A stretch of DNA of 64,000 nucleotides from the human T2T-CHM13v2.0 reference genome, Homo sapiens. This document shows, piece after piece, positions 14,918-26,700 of this stretch. The DNA lies in NCBI RefSeq assembly GCF_009914755.1, contig NC_060929.1; one strand, written 5' to 3'. A model generated the notes under the pieces. It did not search any database, was not told where the DNA came from, and saw only the letters and a program-made list of their open reading frames with translations. The position numbers were made by a program, and so were the translations under genes. Position 1 is the stretch's first letter; each line of letters opens with the position of its first letter.

Positions 14918-15641
14918 TTTAATTTTTAATTTTTTAAATTTAACTTTTATTTCAAGTTCAGGGGTAGAGTATAGGTTTGTTACATAAGCAAACTTGTGTC
15001 ACGGGTGTGTGTTGTGCAGATTATTTCATCGCCCAGGTATTAAACCTAGTATTCATTAGTTATTTTTTGCAGTCCTCTCCTTCCTCCCACCCTCCACCTT
15101 CCAACAGGCCACAGTGTGTATTGTTTCCCTTTATATGTCCATGTGTTCTCATCATTCAGCTCTCACTTATAAGTGAGAACATGCGGTATTTGGTTTTCTG
15201 TCCCTGCGTTAGCTTATTAAGGATAAAGGTCTCCAGGCTCCATCCATGTTCCTGCAAACAACATGATCTCTTCCTTTTTTATGGCTGCATGGTATTCCAT
15301 GGTGTGTATGTACCACATTTTCATTATCTGGTCTAACATTGATGGGCATTTAGGTTGACTCCATGTCTTCGCTATTGTGAAGGTGCTGCACAATGAACAT
15401 TCATGTGCGTGTGTCTTTATGGTAGAATGATTTATATTCCTTTGGATATATACTCAGTAATGGGATTGCTGGGTCAAATGATATTTCTTTTTGTAGGTTT
15501 TTGAGTAATTGCCACACTGTCTTCCACAATGGTTGAATTAACTTACACTCCTACCAAAGTGTATAAGTGTTCCTTTTCCTCCATAACCTCGCCAGCACCT
15601 GTTATCTTTTAGCATTTTAATAGTAGCCATTCTGACTGGTG
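14918..15641 (-). mobile_element. L1 (old L1PA/L1PB) 3' end
   Basis: ttcaagttcaggggta...agtgagaacatgcggtatttggttttctg...ttccacaatggttgaa...gccattctgactggtg. Confidence 0.88.
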
Positions 15642-16186
15642 TTTTTCACATCTCCCTTTGCCCTTAAGCTTGTTTAAGATGTGTCACTTGGCTTGTTGTT
15701 TCAGTCCCATCTTTAAAGCATGAGCTCACCTCACCCCCTACGCCCCGCTGTACCCCTTGCGCTGCCCGCATTACCAGTGTGTACATGCAAATTCTCTGGG
15801 GTGAGCTGTCAGTGCCAACCAGCAAAGGTGACTGGTTCTTTAGTCTTGGTCTTTGGGTCCTGGCCTTGTCACCAGAAGACTGGTGGTGGAAAGAAATTTT
15901 GGTCTTGAAAGCAAAGTCATTGAACTTCCCTCTGAGTTCCACATTCTCTCAAATGTGCTATCCTGGGAAAGTGTGGTCCTCCTCAATCAGCCCCTCCCTG
16001 TGCAGGGTGAGGACAGCCCTGCCCACCCTGCCTCACCACTGCAGAGGCACTGGGCCCAGAGAGGAGCAAAGACAGGCCAGCCTGCCCTGCTGCTCTTGTA
16101 AAGGATTCACTCAATAGAAAAGGGAGTGCAACCTTACCATTCGTGTGTAAGAATGTGTTCTAGACCACTTAGAAATCCACTTTTCC

Positions 16187-16504
<318 letters not shown>

Positions 16505-16610
16505 TTACCCATTCTAACACTCTTAGCTTCATCTCTCCAATAAGCCTAATTTTAAAGAATTTAGTAGCTACTAAAATATAAAAATTCTAACTTCAAAATA
16601 CACATTCCAG

Positions 16611-16783
16611 GCCATCGCATGGAGGGAAGTTCTGTGAGGGCTCCACTCGCACTCTGAAGCTCTGCAACAGTCAGAAATGTCCCCGGGACAGTGTTGACTT
16701 CCGTGCTGCTCAGTGTGCCGAGCACAACAGCAGACGATTCAGAGGGCGGCACTACAAGTGGAAGCCTTACACTCAAGTAGAAG
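16611..16783 (+). CDS. ADAMTS16: ADAMTS16 exon (probably 13), end of TSR1 and start of Cys-rich domain; 173 nt, phase 2-1
   Basis: ttccag|GCC...AAG|gtaaat; (K)PSHGGKFCEGSTRTLKLCNSQKCPRDSVDFRAAQCAEHNSRRFRGRHYKWKPYTQVE(D). Confidence 0.97.
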
Positions 16784-18559
16784 GTAAATCTCAAACTGCT
16801 TTCGGGTAATAGCCTCATGCTTTACTACCTTTACTTTTTAAAGAAGTACATGATTGAGAGTGTGGTGCACAAATAAACCAGACGTCGCTCTGGGAGGTGA
16901 GGGTCGCATATTCTCTTCTGGAGGTTAGTTTTATTTTGCCAGCCCCACCATCACGACCTCTTATCTAAACTTCACCAGCGGTGAGGTCAGAAATCAACAC
17001 ACCAGATAGAAAGCGTGTGCATAATACAATGAAACTCATCAAAGAAGTGATAAAAAACACAAAGTAGATCCTGCATGGAAATTGAATCAGTATGTTTTTG
17101 AATTAAGAATTACAGTAGTTGTTGCTATAAGCAAGTTACCCATTGAATACTTATAATTGTCAAAGAATGAAAAAGAAATTTCAGTATATTTTAGAAAATG
17201 GAACAATTTTGAAGCATAGTATGTTCAGAAAGTCTTGATCTATAACTATACACCAAGAAGTTTATTTGTGGCATGTATAAGACTTTACTCCCCAGTGGGA
17301 AAGAAATAAGTGTTGTTTTCATGATTAAAATAACTTAAAGTCAGTAGCTCAAGTGGCATAATTAAGGAGAAATTCCAAGAAAACCTAATCATCTCATTGC
17401 TTGAAACTGGGAACATTGCCCGAAAAAATGACAGAAGCCCTTTGGATGTACATAAGTGGGACGTCCCATCTGACATTCCCATTCATCATCTCAGTGCATA
17501 CAGTGTTTTCACAGTGTCAGGTTCATGCAGTTAGAAAATTCTGAAAGGAAATTACAAGCAATTTCCCGGAAGCATGTTTGGTTGTCCCTTTACTCCTAAA
17601 TCTGTACAAATGTAGCCAGTGTGATACAGGCCACTAGGGAGGAGAGAAAGGTAGAATGAACTTTGAAACCGTGGTTCAAAAATGTGTGTGTATTCCTCCT
17701 GACTGCCAATCTTCAGTGAATAAGCTCATTAATCATGGAAGCACACAGTAATCATGGACGCACACACTAAATTTGATTCTTAGAATTATTCAGTTGGGCC
17801 TCTTATCTTGAATGATAAGGAAAATATCTGTAGATGAGTCTCAGGCCTATAAAAATTTCTAAGACAGACGAAATTTTCATCATTAATTGTCCCTCCCCTT
17901 TTTTTTTTACCAAGAAGAGAACAAAAGGGGCAAAATGGTTTGAAAAAAAGTTCATATTAAATATAAACCAAAAACCTTGAAATGGATTATTTAGGAAGGA
18001 AGTAAACTTCCTATTTCTCTAGGTACCAATATTTTAAAACAGTTTATTGTATTTGTGGAAAACATTGTTCTCGAGACTTCATCTAAGTTATTCCTTTTAT
18101 TAGTTTAATTTTTATGTATTTTACCAAATGCGTTAAGAAATTCAGTGATGTTTTTGATTCTTTTATTACATTTTATCTGTAAGAATTTTGTGTGTTACTA
18201 CAAAATGGCAGTTTTTTTTTTGGATTTCTACAAGATAGTAGTTAATGATACTAGTGAAATAGTAAAGCATTAATGTTGTAGCCAACAAATATTTATTGAA
18301 TGCCTACTATGTGCCAAACACTGTATAAAAATCAAAGGTCTTAAAGGACACTGTAGAGTAAAATTTAACATTGAAGCAATAAATAAATTTAAAGAAACAA
18401 AACATAATGAGGCAACCATTAAAAATGCCATTGTAATGTATTATTGTGTGGGAGTTATTTTATGGGGGAAGAAAGAAAGTCTATCTAAAATTCAGAGCAA
18501 AAATGATCAGAGCTTAAGTATTTTTCTTATTTGTGTTTGTGTGTGTATTTCTTTTTAAG

Positions 18560-18690
18560 ATCAGGACTTATGCAAACTCTACTGTATCGCAGAAGGATTT
18601 GATTTCTTCTTTTCTTTGTCAAATAAAGTCAAAGATGGGACTCCATGCTCGGAGGATAGCCGTAATGTTTGTATAGATGGGATATGTGAG
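18560..18690 (+). CDS. ADAMTS16: ADAMTS16 exon (probably 14), Cys-rich domain; 131 nt, phase 1-0
   Basis: ctttttaag|ATC...GAG|gtaatc; (D)QDLCKLYCIAEGFDFFFSLSNKVKDGTPCSEDSRNVCIDGICE. Confidence 0.97.
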
Positions 18691-18704
18691 GTAATCATGA
18701 TCCT

Positions 18705-19400
18705 TCATTCATTCAACAAATGATTCCGGACAGTCTGCTTTGTGTCAAGCATCCTGTAGAGGCTAGAAAGACTGGACATATGAGACAAGCCTTTCCCTCT
18801 AAGTTGCAGCCCAGTGGGGAGAAAGCCAGAAGAACACATTGATGACATGCTGCTTTGCTGCAGTGGAAGTGTGTGCAGAGCATAAGGAGAGGGAGGGGCC
18901 CGTTCTGTCTTAGATATGGGTCTGGGACATTCGTGGGGCTCCTAGGAGAAGGGAACATCCACATCCAAGCTAGATCTGAAAGGGTGAGTTGGAAGAGGGA
19001 TGTCAGGAAAATAGAGAGGGGACGTGGTGGTGCCAGATGCATGGGTTGCTAGCCACTGATTCAGTCATCAGAACGCCCAGAGGGAAAGTGGGGGACTGGG
19101 GGATGCTGTGGGAAGGGTTGGGGTAAGAAGAGGGTCTCCAAGGCCGACTCCAAGGCTGGATAAGGAGTTGGGATTTTTATCCTGTGTCCATGTAGATAGA
19201 GCAGGCATTGAGTCTGGGAACAGTGGAGCCACAGGATTTGGTTGCGGTTTGTGGGCAGTAGTGTGGAGAGTCAGTGAAGCAGGGTTGGGTGAGAGCCTGG
19301 GCCACTTCGCAGCTCGGACAGAGGCCTCAGCAACATAGAGCAGCTACACTTTCACTGAGGAGGGCGGGCAGACAGGGATGCAGGAGACAAGCTGGGGAAG
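18705..19400 (-). mobile_element. Degraded L2 fragment
   Basis: cattcattcaacaaa start followed by purine-rich L2-like sequence. Confidence 0.5.
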
Positions 19401-20741
19401 TGTTGGTGGCTAAAGGAACTTAAGTGACTGATGTTACCCTTACCCTGATTGGCAGAGGGAAGGGGTGGAAAAAAATGTTATCATAAACCAAGTGAAGGTG
19501 TTAGCAGATCAAACACATTGCATGTAGACAATGGGGTTTCAAATGAAGAAGTTTTTCAATCTGCATATCCTACGGAGTCCAAAAACATCTTTTCTAGTTC
19601 TCGCTTCCCCTAAATTATTGACCATGGTAAAGTTGAATCATCCACTGAGATCCTTAGTGTAATCATTTTGAATACATGAGGGTTAGGCTGGATGATTCCA
19701 TTAAGATCTCTTTCATTGTACCTCAGCTGTACAGTCCTCAATTTTGTCTAATTGTTAATTGATGTGTTCACTATTTTATTGTATTTTGGTATTCTTAATG
19801 ATATAGTGTCATAATCCCTTATTTGTAACTCTGAAATCCAAAAACCTGTGAAAATGTGGGGGACCTGAATTTGTTTGGTGGCAAAGCCTGCCCTGAACTG
19901 ATGTGAGACTATTGATTGGTTTTATTTATCTCACTTACTGTAAATCTGTAGGGTTTTACTATAGAAACATTAATTAGTTAATTATGGGATGCCACCCTAA
20001 GCCCTTGTGGGATTCTCATATGCATTTCATACGTCACCTTTTAGACATAGGTCTAAAATTTTAATTTTAGAAAGGTAGTATCTATTACCTTTATAAAATT
20101 AAAAAACACTGTAAGTTGTGAAATACATCTGGCCCTATGGATTTCAAGCCAAGAATTGTAGTTATTTTGCTTCTGAATGGATTTTTTTTGTACATATAGA
20201 GCCTATTCTCTTTGTTAGAAAGTGTAATACAAACAAACATCAGAGTAATTTTAAAGAGCTCCTAAAATTCTAAGGAAGTGAATAAACATGCCCTTTATGT
20301 AATTACTACTGAGGAGAATTTCTGTGTGTCATCTGCTCCTTCTCTGTCATTGCATGAGACAATTAAAGCCCACAATGGCATATTTTGTTAGAACCTTGTG
20401 TAGACACATTGCTTGTCATTGTACTAAGCCCTTTAGGTCAGTGTGAAATTCACCCATCGCTCCAACATGACAACCTACAGGTTTAATTTGGGGCCACTTG
20501 TGTAACAATACTAAAGAGGACAGGTTACGGTTCACGGTTTAAAAGCTTCCTACATTTTTGAAGGGTAACACTGTAGCCCCGCTGTGCACATATTAGGTAT
20601 CCAATAAATATTTGTTAACTACCCTATGTTGGTGAAATTTTCAACTCTAGTGGGGAGGAGGTTTCTTGCATGAGATTGGTGACAGTATTGCTGTGTTGTC
20701 CTTTCTTTCATGAATGACATGTGACCTCATGGGCCCTCCAG

Positions 20742-20865
20742 AGAGTTGGATGTGACAATGTCCTTGGATCTGATGCTGTTGAAGACGTCTGTGGGGTGTG
20801 TAACGGGAATAACTCAGCCTGCACGATTCACAGGGGTCTCTACACCAAGCACCACCACACCAACC
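20742..20865 (+). CDS. ADAMTS16: ADAMTS16 exon (probably 15), end of Cys-rich domain and start of spacer; 124 nt, phase 0-1
   Basis: ctccag|AGA...ACC|gtgagt; RVGCDNVLGSDAVEDVCGVCNGNNSACTIHRGLYTKHHHTN(Q), contained in ORF 20721..20927. Confidence 0.97.
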
Positions 20866-21271
20866 GTGAGTACTTTAGAGCTGCCTGCAAGCCTTGGGCA
20901 AAGAAGATTGTAACTGGGGCTTCTTAGCAGAGCTTGAGGTGACAGTGAAAACAGCAGGACTTCCTTCCGCTGCCTCGCTTCCTGCCTCAGCTGGCGCTTT
21001 GCTTCTCGAGCCTCTTGCTTTGATTGGAAGTGGTTGCTGAGTTATTTGCAATAAAATTGTTCTTAGGAAAAGTGACCATCACAGGGGCTCTGCTCCAATT
21101 GATAAAAAGCAGCCGGGTGTAGTTCTAAGGCAACTGATCACCAGAACACGTCTTCACCCAGTTCCAAATGTGGATTCTCAGGTTTTGTTTACCGAGGACT
21201 GGGGTTGCTTAGAGATTTTGCCCCTGCTTTCTGGAATGAAAAGCTGTATCTTCCCCATTTCCTTTATCTAG

Positions 21272-21516
21272 AGTATTATCACATGGTCACCATTCCTTCT
21301 GGAGCCCGGAGTATCCGCATCTATGAAATGAACGTCTCTACCTCCTACATTTCTGTGCGCAATGCCCTCAGAAGGTACTACCTGAATGGGCACTGGACTG
21401 TGGACTGGCCCGGCCGGTACAAATTTTCGGGCACTACTTTCGACTACAGACGGTCCTATAATGAGCCCGAGAACTTAATAGCTACTGGACCAACCAACGA
21501 GACACTGATTGTGGAG
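21272..21516 (+). CDS. ADAMTS16: ADAMTS16 exon (probably 16), spacer domain; 245 nt, phase 1-0
   Basis: tatctag|AGT...GAG|gtaaag; (Q)YYHMVTIPSGARSIRIYEMNVSTSYISVRNALRRYYLNGHWTVDWPGRYKFSGTTFDYRRSYNEPENLIATGPTNETLIVE, contained in ORF 21205..21582. Confidence 0.97.
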
Positions 21517-22413
21517 GTAAAGTCCAGCCTCTTGATTTTGGGGCTTGGATTTTGGGGGTGTTCTGGTGTCTGTGTAAGTTAATGGCTGTTGGCATAATTT
21601 TAAGAAGAATGTAAACAGTTATAAAAAGAGTGATCCATCCATAGCCGGAATGAGGCAGCAGGCTTGTTTTTATCATCATTCACTTTTTGGTGTATGATTA
21701 CGTTTGTATTTAAGTGCTCACCTGTGTTCCCATTTGGGGGTTTTAGCAGTAGGTGTTTGCAGAAGTCTTCTTCTGTCCTGTAAGCTCGATGGCTGTGAGA
21801 TGCGGCCACTCTTGGGGGAGGGAGGTGGGGTCTGACTTCGCCTGTGTCTGGGGTGGGATCAGCATTTCTGCTGCGTTCTGTGGCAATAGAAGAGGAGAGC
21901 CCAGAGGTGAAGCCCCTTGCTGTGTGATGACCTACCTGTGTCACAGCATTGACCTTGGCGGGCCACAGCTCCGCAGTCACATCAACCCAGTGTCCAGTGC
22001 GGGGGTCACCCCCTGAACCGAGCAGTTCTGTTTACTCATGAATGCAGAGGCTCACAAAATATAGTCAGATTCTGACAACACCATCCTCGCATGCGACTGT
22101 GCAGATGGCAGTGGTGGGCAGTGGATGTTCTAACTCCCCACCTTGTTATGTTTCTGTGCACAGTTGAAAGAAGGTTCTTGGTTCAAAAGTTGCCCCATCC
22201 ACCTACACCTTGCTGTGGAGGTACAGCCACCTGGATACCCCCACCTGTTCCCTGGGACAGGCCGCCCTATCCCATCCTCTTGTGTCTTCCTGGGAGATGC
22301 CTCCCCAGGCATTCGGGGTGTGGTTTAGATGGAGCAGCTGCTGCATCTCCACAGGTCCTACTTCCATCTCCTGTCCTGCCCCTGAACTCTTTCATCCTAT
22401 CCCTTTATAAACA

Positions 22414-22478
22414 AATTTATCTTGAATTCTTTCCTTGATCAATTTATCTTGAATTCTTTCCATGATCTTTCCTTGATC
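22414..22478. repeat. 27-bp tandem duplication plus partial copy
   Basis: aatttatcttgaattctttcc(t/a)tgatc x2, then tttccttgatc. Confidence 0.9.
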
Positions 22479-23176
22479 ACGTCTCCCACCATCTAAGGCT
22501 TTTAGCTTTAACAATCAGAGAGAAAGATGCCTCCGGGTTGAAAATAAGTGGGGCTTGTTAGGAAACTGTTCTCCACGGAAGAAGAGTTGCAGAGCCTCAG
22601 AATGTCAGGGCTGGAGAGTATCTCAATGGCCTTGCAGTGCAACCCCCTGTCCTGGGCTTATACCTGTCCCACAACATCAGCACCACTGAGACTGGAGCTG
22701 TGTCATCAAGCAGAGGGTGGAGCATGGGGCCAGGGCACTCGGGAGGATGAGGATCTTTTTCTACATGGGCATCATATCAGCATGCAATGCCTGTCAGGTG
22801 CAGGCATGGGATTTATGTCAACAGGTTATGGTGAGTTTTCCAGAAAAGTCTTCCAACTAAGATTCAAGGATCTAATACATTTATGAGAGAAATGGTGGCT
22901 GGTCCATATGATTGGGTTTCAAGCTAGGAAATGTAGAGTCCAAACCCATTCCATGCCCTAAACTATGACTCAGTGATCTTCTTTACTAATAAAACACCTT
23001 TTCCTGCAGACTTAATGGGTACCTGCCCGTAGGCAAAAGTCCCCTTCATCTCTCCCCATAGAAAGTGCTCTAACTTAACTTTGGTCAGGCATGGATCATA
23101 CCTATTGCTGTTGAAGTGTCCTGCGTTATTTGAATTCACCAGGAAGCATGACAATGCTTTGTAGGTATCTCTTTCT

Positions 23177-23247
23177 GATTTGCTCAGATGCAGGGATTTG
23201 CAGGGGATCCCTCAGATGCAGGGATTTGCTCAGATGCAGGGGATCCC
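23177..23247. repeat. Complex local micro-duplication
   Basis: ctcagatgcaggg x3 interleaved with gatttg and ggatccc. Confidence 0.85.
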
Positions 23248-23280
23248 AAAGAAACACCAATGAGATAGCCAAATGCTTTT

Positions 23281-23357
23281 GTTAGGATGTATCAGATTAT
23301 CACATATACCCCCAAAATATGTGTATCTGTTATGTATCAATAAAAAATGATAACTTA
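23281..23357 (+). mobile_element. Tiny 5'-truncated L1MA-like 3' tip
   Basis: tatcacatatacccccaaaatatgtgtatctgttatgtatcaataaaaaa; flanked by aaatgctttt on both sides. Confidence 0.65.
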
Positions 23358-23644
23358 GAAATGCTTTTTCTAAGTTGCAAAAGTGTTTGAAGTTTTACAT
23401 GCGGGCATACACTAACTGTAAGGAGAAGGGTACAAAGTCTAGACATATTTTTAGATGAGCTTGAATCTAGATGGGAGGGTTCAGAAATTTTATGTAAAGT
23501 TTGGATGATAGTCTGAATGTATTTTATCATCATAACAAACTTCTTGTTGATTGATTATTGTTTTAAGTAGTCTAAATCCCGTTAGCATGTACTTGCTGGT
23601 TTTGCATTAATTTGTTTTATTTTTTCCCCTTTCTTATTTTGTAG

Positions 23645-23783
23645 CTGCTGTTTCAGGGAAGGAACCCGGGTGTTGCCTGGGAATACTCCATGCCTCGCTT
23701 GGGGACCGAGAAGCAGCCCCCTGCCCAGCCCAGCTACACTTGGGCCATCGTGCGCTCTGAGTGCTCCGTGTCCTGCGGAGGGG
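23645..23783 (+). CDS. ADAMTS16: ADAMTS16 exon (probably 17), end of spacer and start of second TSR; 139 nt, phase 0-1
   Basis: Long polypyrimidine tract, then ttttgtag|CTG...GGG G|gtaggt; LLFQGRNPGVAWEYSMPRLGTEKQPPAQPSYTWAIVRSECSVSCGG(G). Confidence 0.97.
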
Positions 23784-26700
23784 GTAGGTGCCTTCCAGTG
23801 CTGCTCCTGGAGGCAGCATGTCAGCCTTCAGCCACTGCGTACATTGCACTGGCCTTTCTTGAATCCTAATGAGCAGCCCGGGGCTTCTCCCTGCCAGTAG
23901 CAGTGACATTCCCAAGGTAGGGAGTGGTGGTCCTGAGTGTCACTTGTCGGCCCGAGCTGCCTTCTCCAGTCTATCTGCTTCAGTGTGTGACTCTGAGGAA
24001 GTCAGTAGATGCATTGCTTCCTACTTTCCATCTAATTTAAGGTTTTTTAGAGGATGATTTTGTTAATTGAGATGAGTCAAATGAAAGTCACGGTAATTAT
24101 GAGATACATCATGTTGACGGTGAGAAACAGACACTACCATGGAAAATACACTGACCTAGAGCGGGTTTTTTAATCTAACTAATCTTGTTCAAAACGTTTC
24201 CTGGAAAGAGCTTTGCCTGCAAGTCAGATAGTCAGATTTGTCCAGAAAATAAAAGAATATTTTGAAAGTTCCAATGAAAACATCAAGAAAAAAACATGTC
24301 AAAAAGAACTGCACATGTCAATTGAGTGCCTTGTCGCCTTCATACTGTAAACAATGGAAGCTCACATTTATATCGGTAAAGCTACTTCCACTTAAAGGAA
24401 GTTTTTAGCCAGAGCCAATATGTACTGACTGTCTGATATAAACAGTGATGAGTAAATATTTGCAAGTTTAAAACAACATAGTAAATTCTATCTGATATGT
24501 ATAAAATACACAAGTTTCCATCTGGCCAAATGGATTTCAGCTTTATGCAATCTAGGTTTTCATAACTAAGAAGTTAATTTAGACAATATTATGTTTAAGT
24601 AAAAGAAAATGGTTCATAAATGAGAACTGGCATAAAGTTAAGAAGGTAGTGAATGAACAAAAATAAATAAAAACAAATTTACATGTTCTCAATAGTTGCT
24701 CTAAATAAATAAGGTGAAGAAACTAAAGGAAAACTGAAAGATTAACAAAAAGTTTAAATAGTCCTAAAAGTTAACACTATGTGCTTGACATATGTTCATT
24801 CTTCCCAGTATGAACTAAGGATGAAATAGTTAAATTATGGATGCTGGTAAAGCTAATGACTGAATGAAATACTGTCTTAGGAAAAACATGACTACCTTCT
24901 GCACAGAAGGATAGCAAGCACGTTGCTCTAATAGTGACCAGAGAGAAATATGAAGGAAATCTCACACTAGTGATATGGCCCAAGTCAGCCACCAGTTTAC
25001 TTTATTTAGAAAGCAGTGGAACAGAAGGACATTGTATGCTCTTCTCTCTGTGTGACGTGGGACATTCCTAACCATATGTATTTTTCCTTTCTTTTCCCTC
25101 TGATCTTAAAACCATAACCATGTTTTTATGGATTATGTTGAATGCACTTGATTTTACCTCTCCCTATTTAGGATCTTCTAATAAATAGTAGTTGGTTAGG
25201 ATAATAATAGAATCAGAAAACTTCATATTTGTTTAAGGAAAGTATGAATTTTTGAACTCTTTCTTGTACATTTTCATTTGGTAAAAAATGTATAATGAAT
25301 TCCATGGAAACATCTGTAGAGAATGGCCAGTAGATGATTCTGTTTCAATATACCAGATTCACTGGTGTCTTTCCTTTGAGCATCAAGCATTCAGGGGAAC
25401 TCAGTGTTCTCAGCTGCTAACAGGCTAGTTGTCTCAGTATCCTGAAACACTGAATGGATGATTAGTGTATTTGCAAGTCACCTAACTATCCCTAAGGAAT
25501 AATTGAGAGTTTCTGGGGGAAATCAACCCAAAATCCATTCCCAAATCACTTTTCTAAAGAGCTGCATTATAGAGCTAGTGAGTTCTGTTTGTTTTTAATT
25601 TCAGTGGAAAACGGGGATTCTCAATTCAACAGCGGGATGGAGTACAGGATGTCTGTATTTCCCACATTCTGTAGGATAATGCTCTGCAGCCTTCCTTGTA
25701 AAAACCTGACCTCTTCATAGGACAGAAGACTCAGAACCTAATCAAGGCATGCTGTCACTGCCCATGTGTGTATCATTAGGAAGGGGAACACTTGCAAATG
25801 GTATCCTGCAGGGTTTGAACTATAGTCGATCCTCCTCTGTTTTCGTAGATGGATAAAACCACAGCCTTTCTCTCCTGTTCTCTCTCTTTCCTTCCCTAGT
25901 ATCCCCAGAATTACTTTCTATAGAAGCAAGATGAAAGCAAGAAGCACGTTATTGCCATGTATTGAGCACCTACTACGTGCTTTCACATATATTATCTTGT
26001 CAAAACCTTCGACAGGGTAAGGGTAGAAAGACCACAGGTTTGAGGCAGCCATATCAGATTCAAGTCTTGGCTTCATCAGGCCATGCTCCTTAGAAATTTT
26101 GAACAAGCCTTTCATGTCTGTGAAGTTTAAAGATTGTATGAATACCAATGCCTGGAAGCAATCCTTATTATCATCTCAGAGGTTACAGGTAACTTGGTTC
26201 AAACAGGTTTACTGACTCCCATTCTTATGTCACCCCACCACAGCCAAACTGCAACTTAGCACATTACTGATGTTCACATTCTTTAACAAAGATTATTCTG
26301 CCAGGGAAGCACAACGTGTTCTTCGAACTTCCTGTCTTCCTTTCATAATACAGCTTCTACCTGGCAATGGGCGTTGCAGTCCATTGAACATAAGATTGAA
26401 ATATCAGCAATGAGGAGACGACCTTACACGTAGGCAGTGCTCACGTTTCATGGCCATTCAGGGTGAAGGCTGATCTTCTTCAGTTCTGGTATTCAATTTT
26501 CCCTTGATCTATGTTTGGAGGACTTGTCAAATTTCCCCCAATAGTCTTAACTAAGATAGTTATTCACTGAATGTTAATTACAGTGACTGCTTCTGAGATA
26601 AGGGCTTTTATTTCCCAAGATCTCATTACTCAATTTTAAGTGGTTATTTTGATTAAGCACTTTATCAGAATTTACTGTCTCTGCCTTGTAAACTTTAGGA

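Noticed and set aside
17730-17768. Small tandem duplications (also ~5797, 22414, 27408, 36849 and 53347)
   Set aside because: Ordinary slippage-type micro-duplications with no shared motif.
21205-21582. 125-aa ORF as a stand-alone gene
   Set aside because: Only 21272-21516 is exon; the flanks are intronic read-through.
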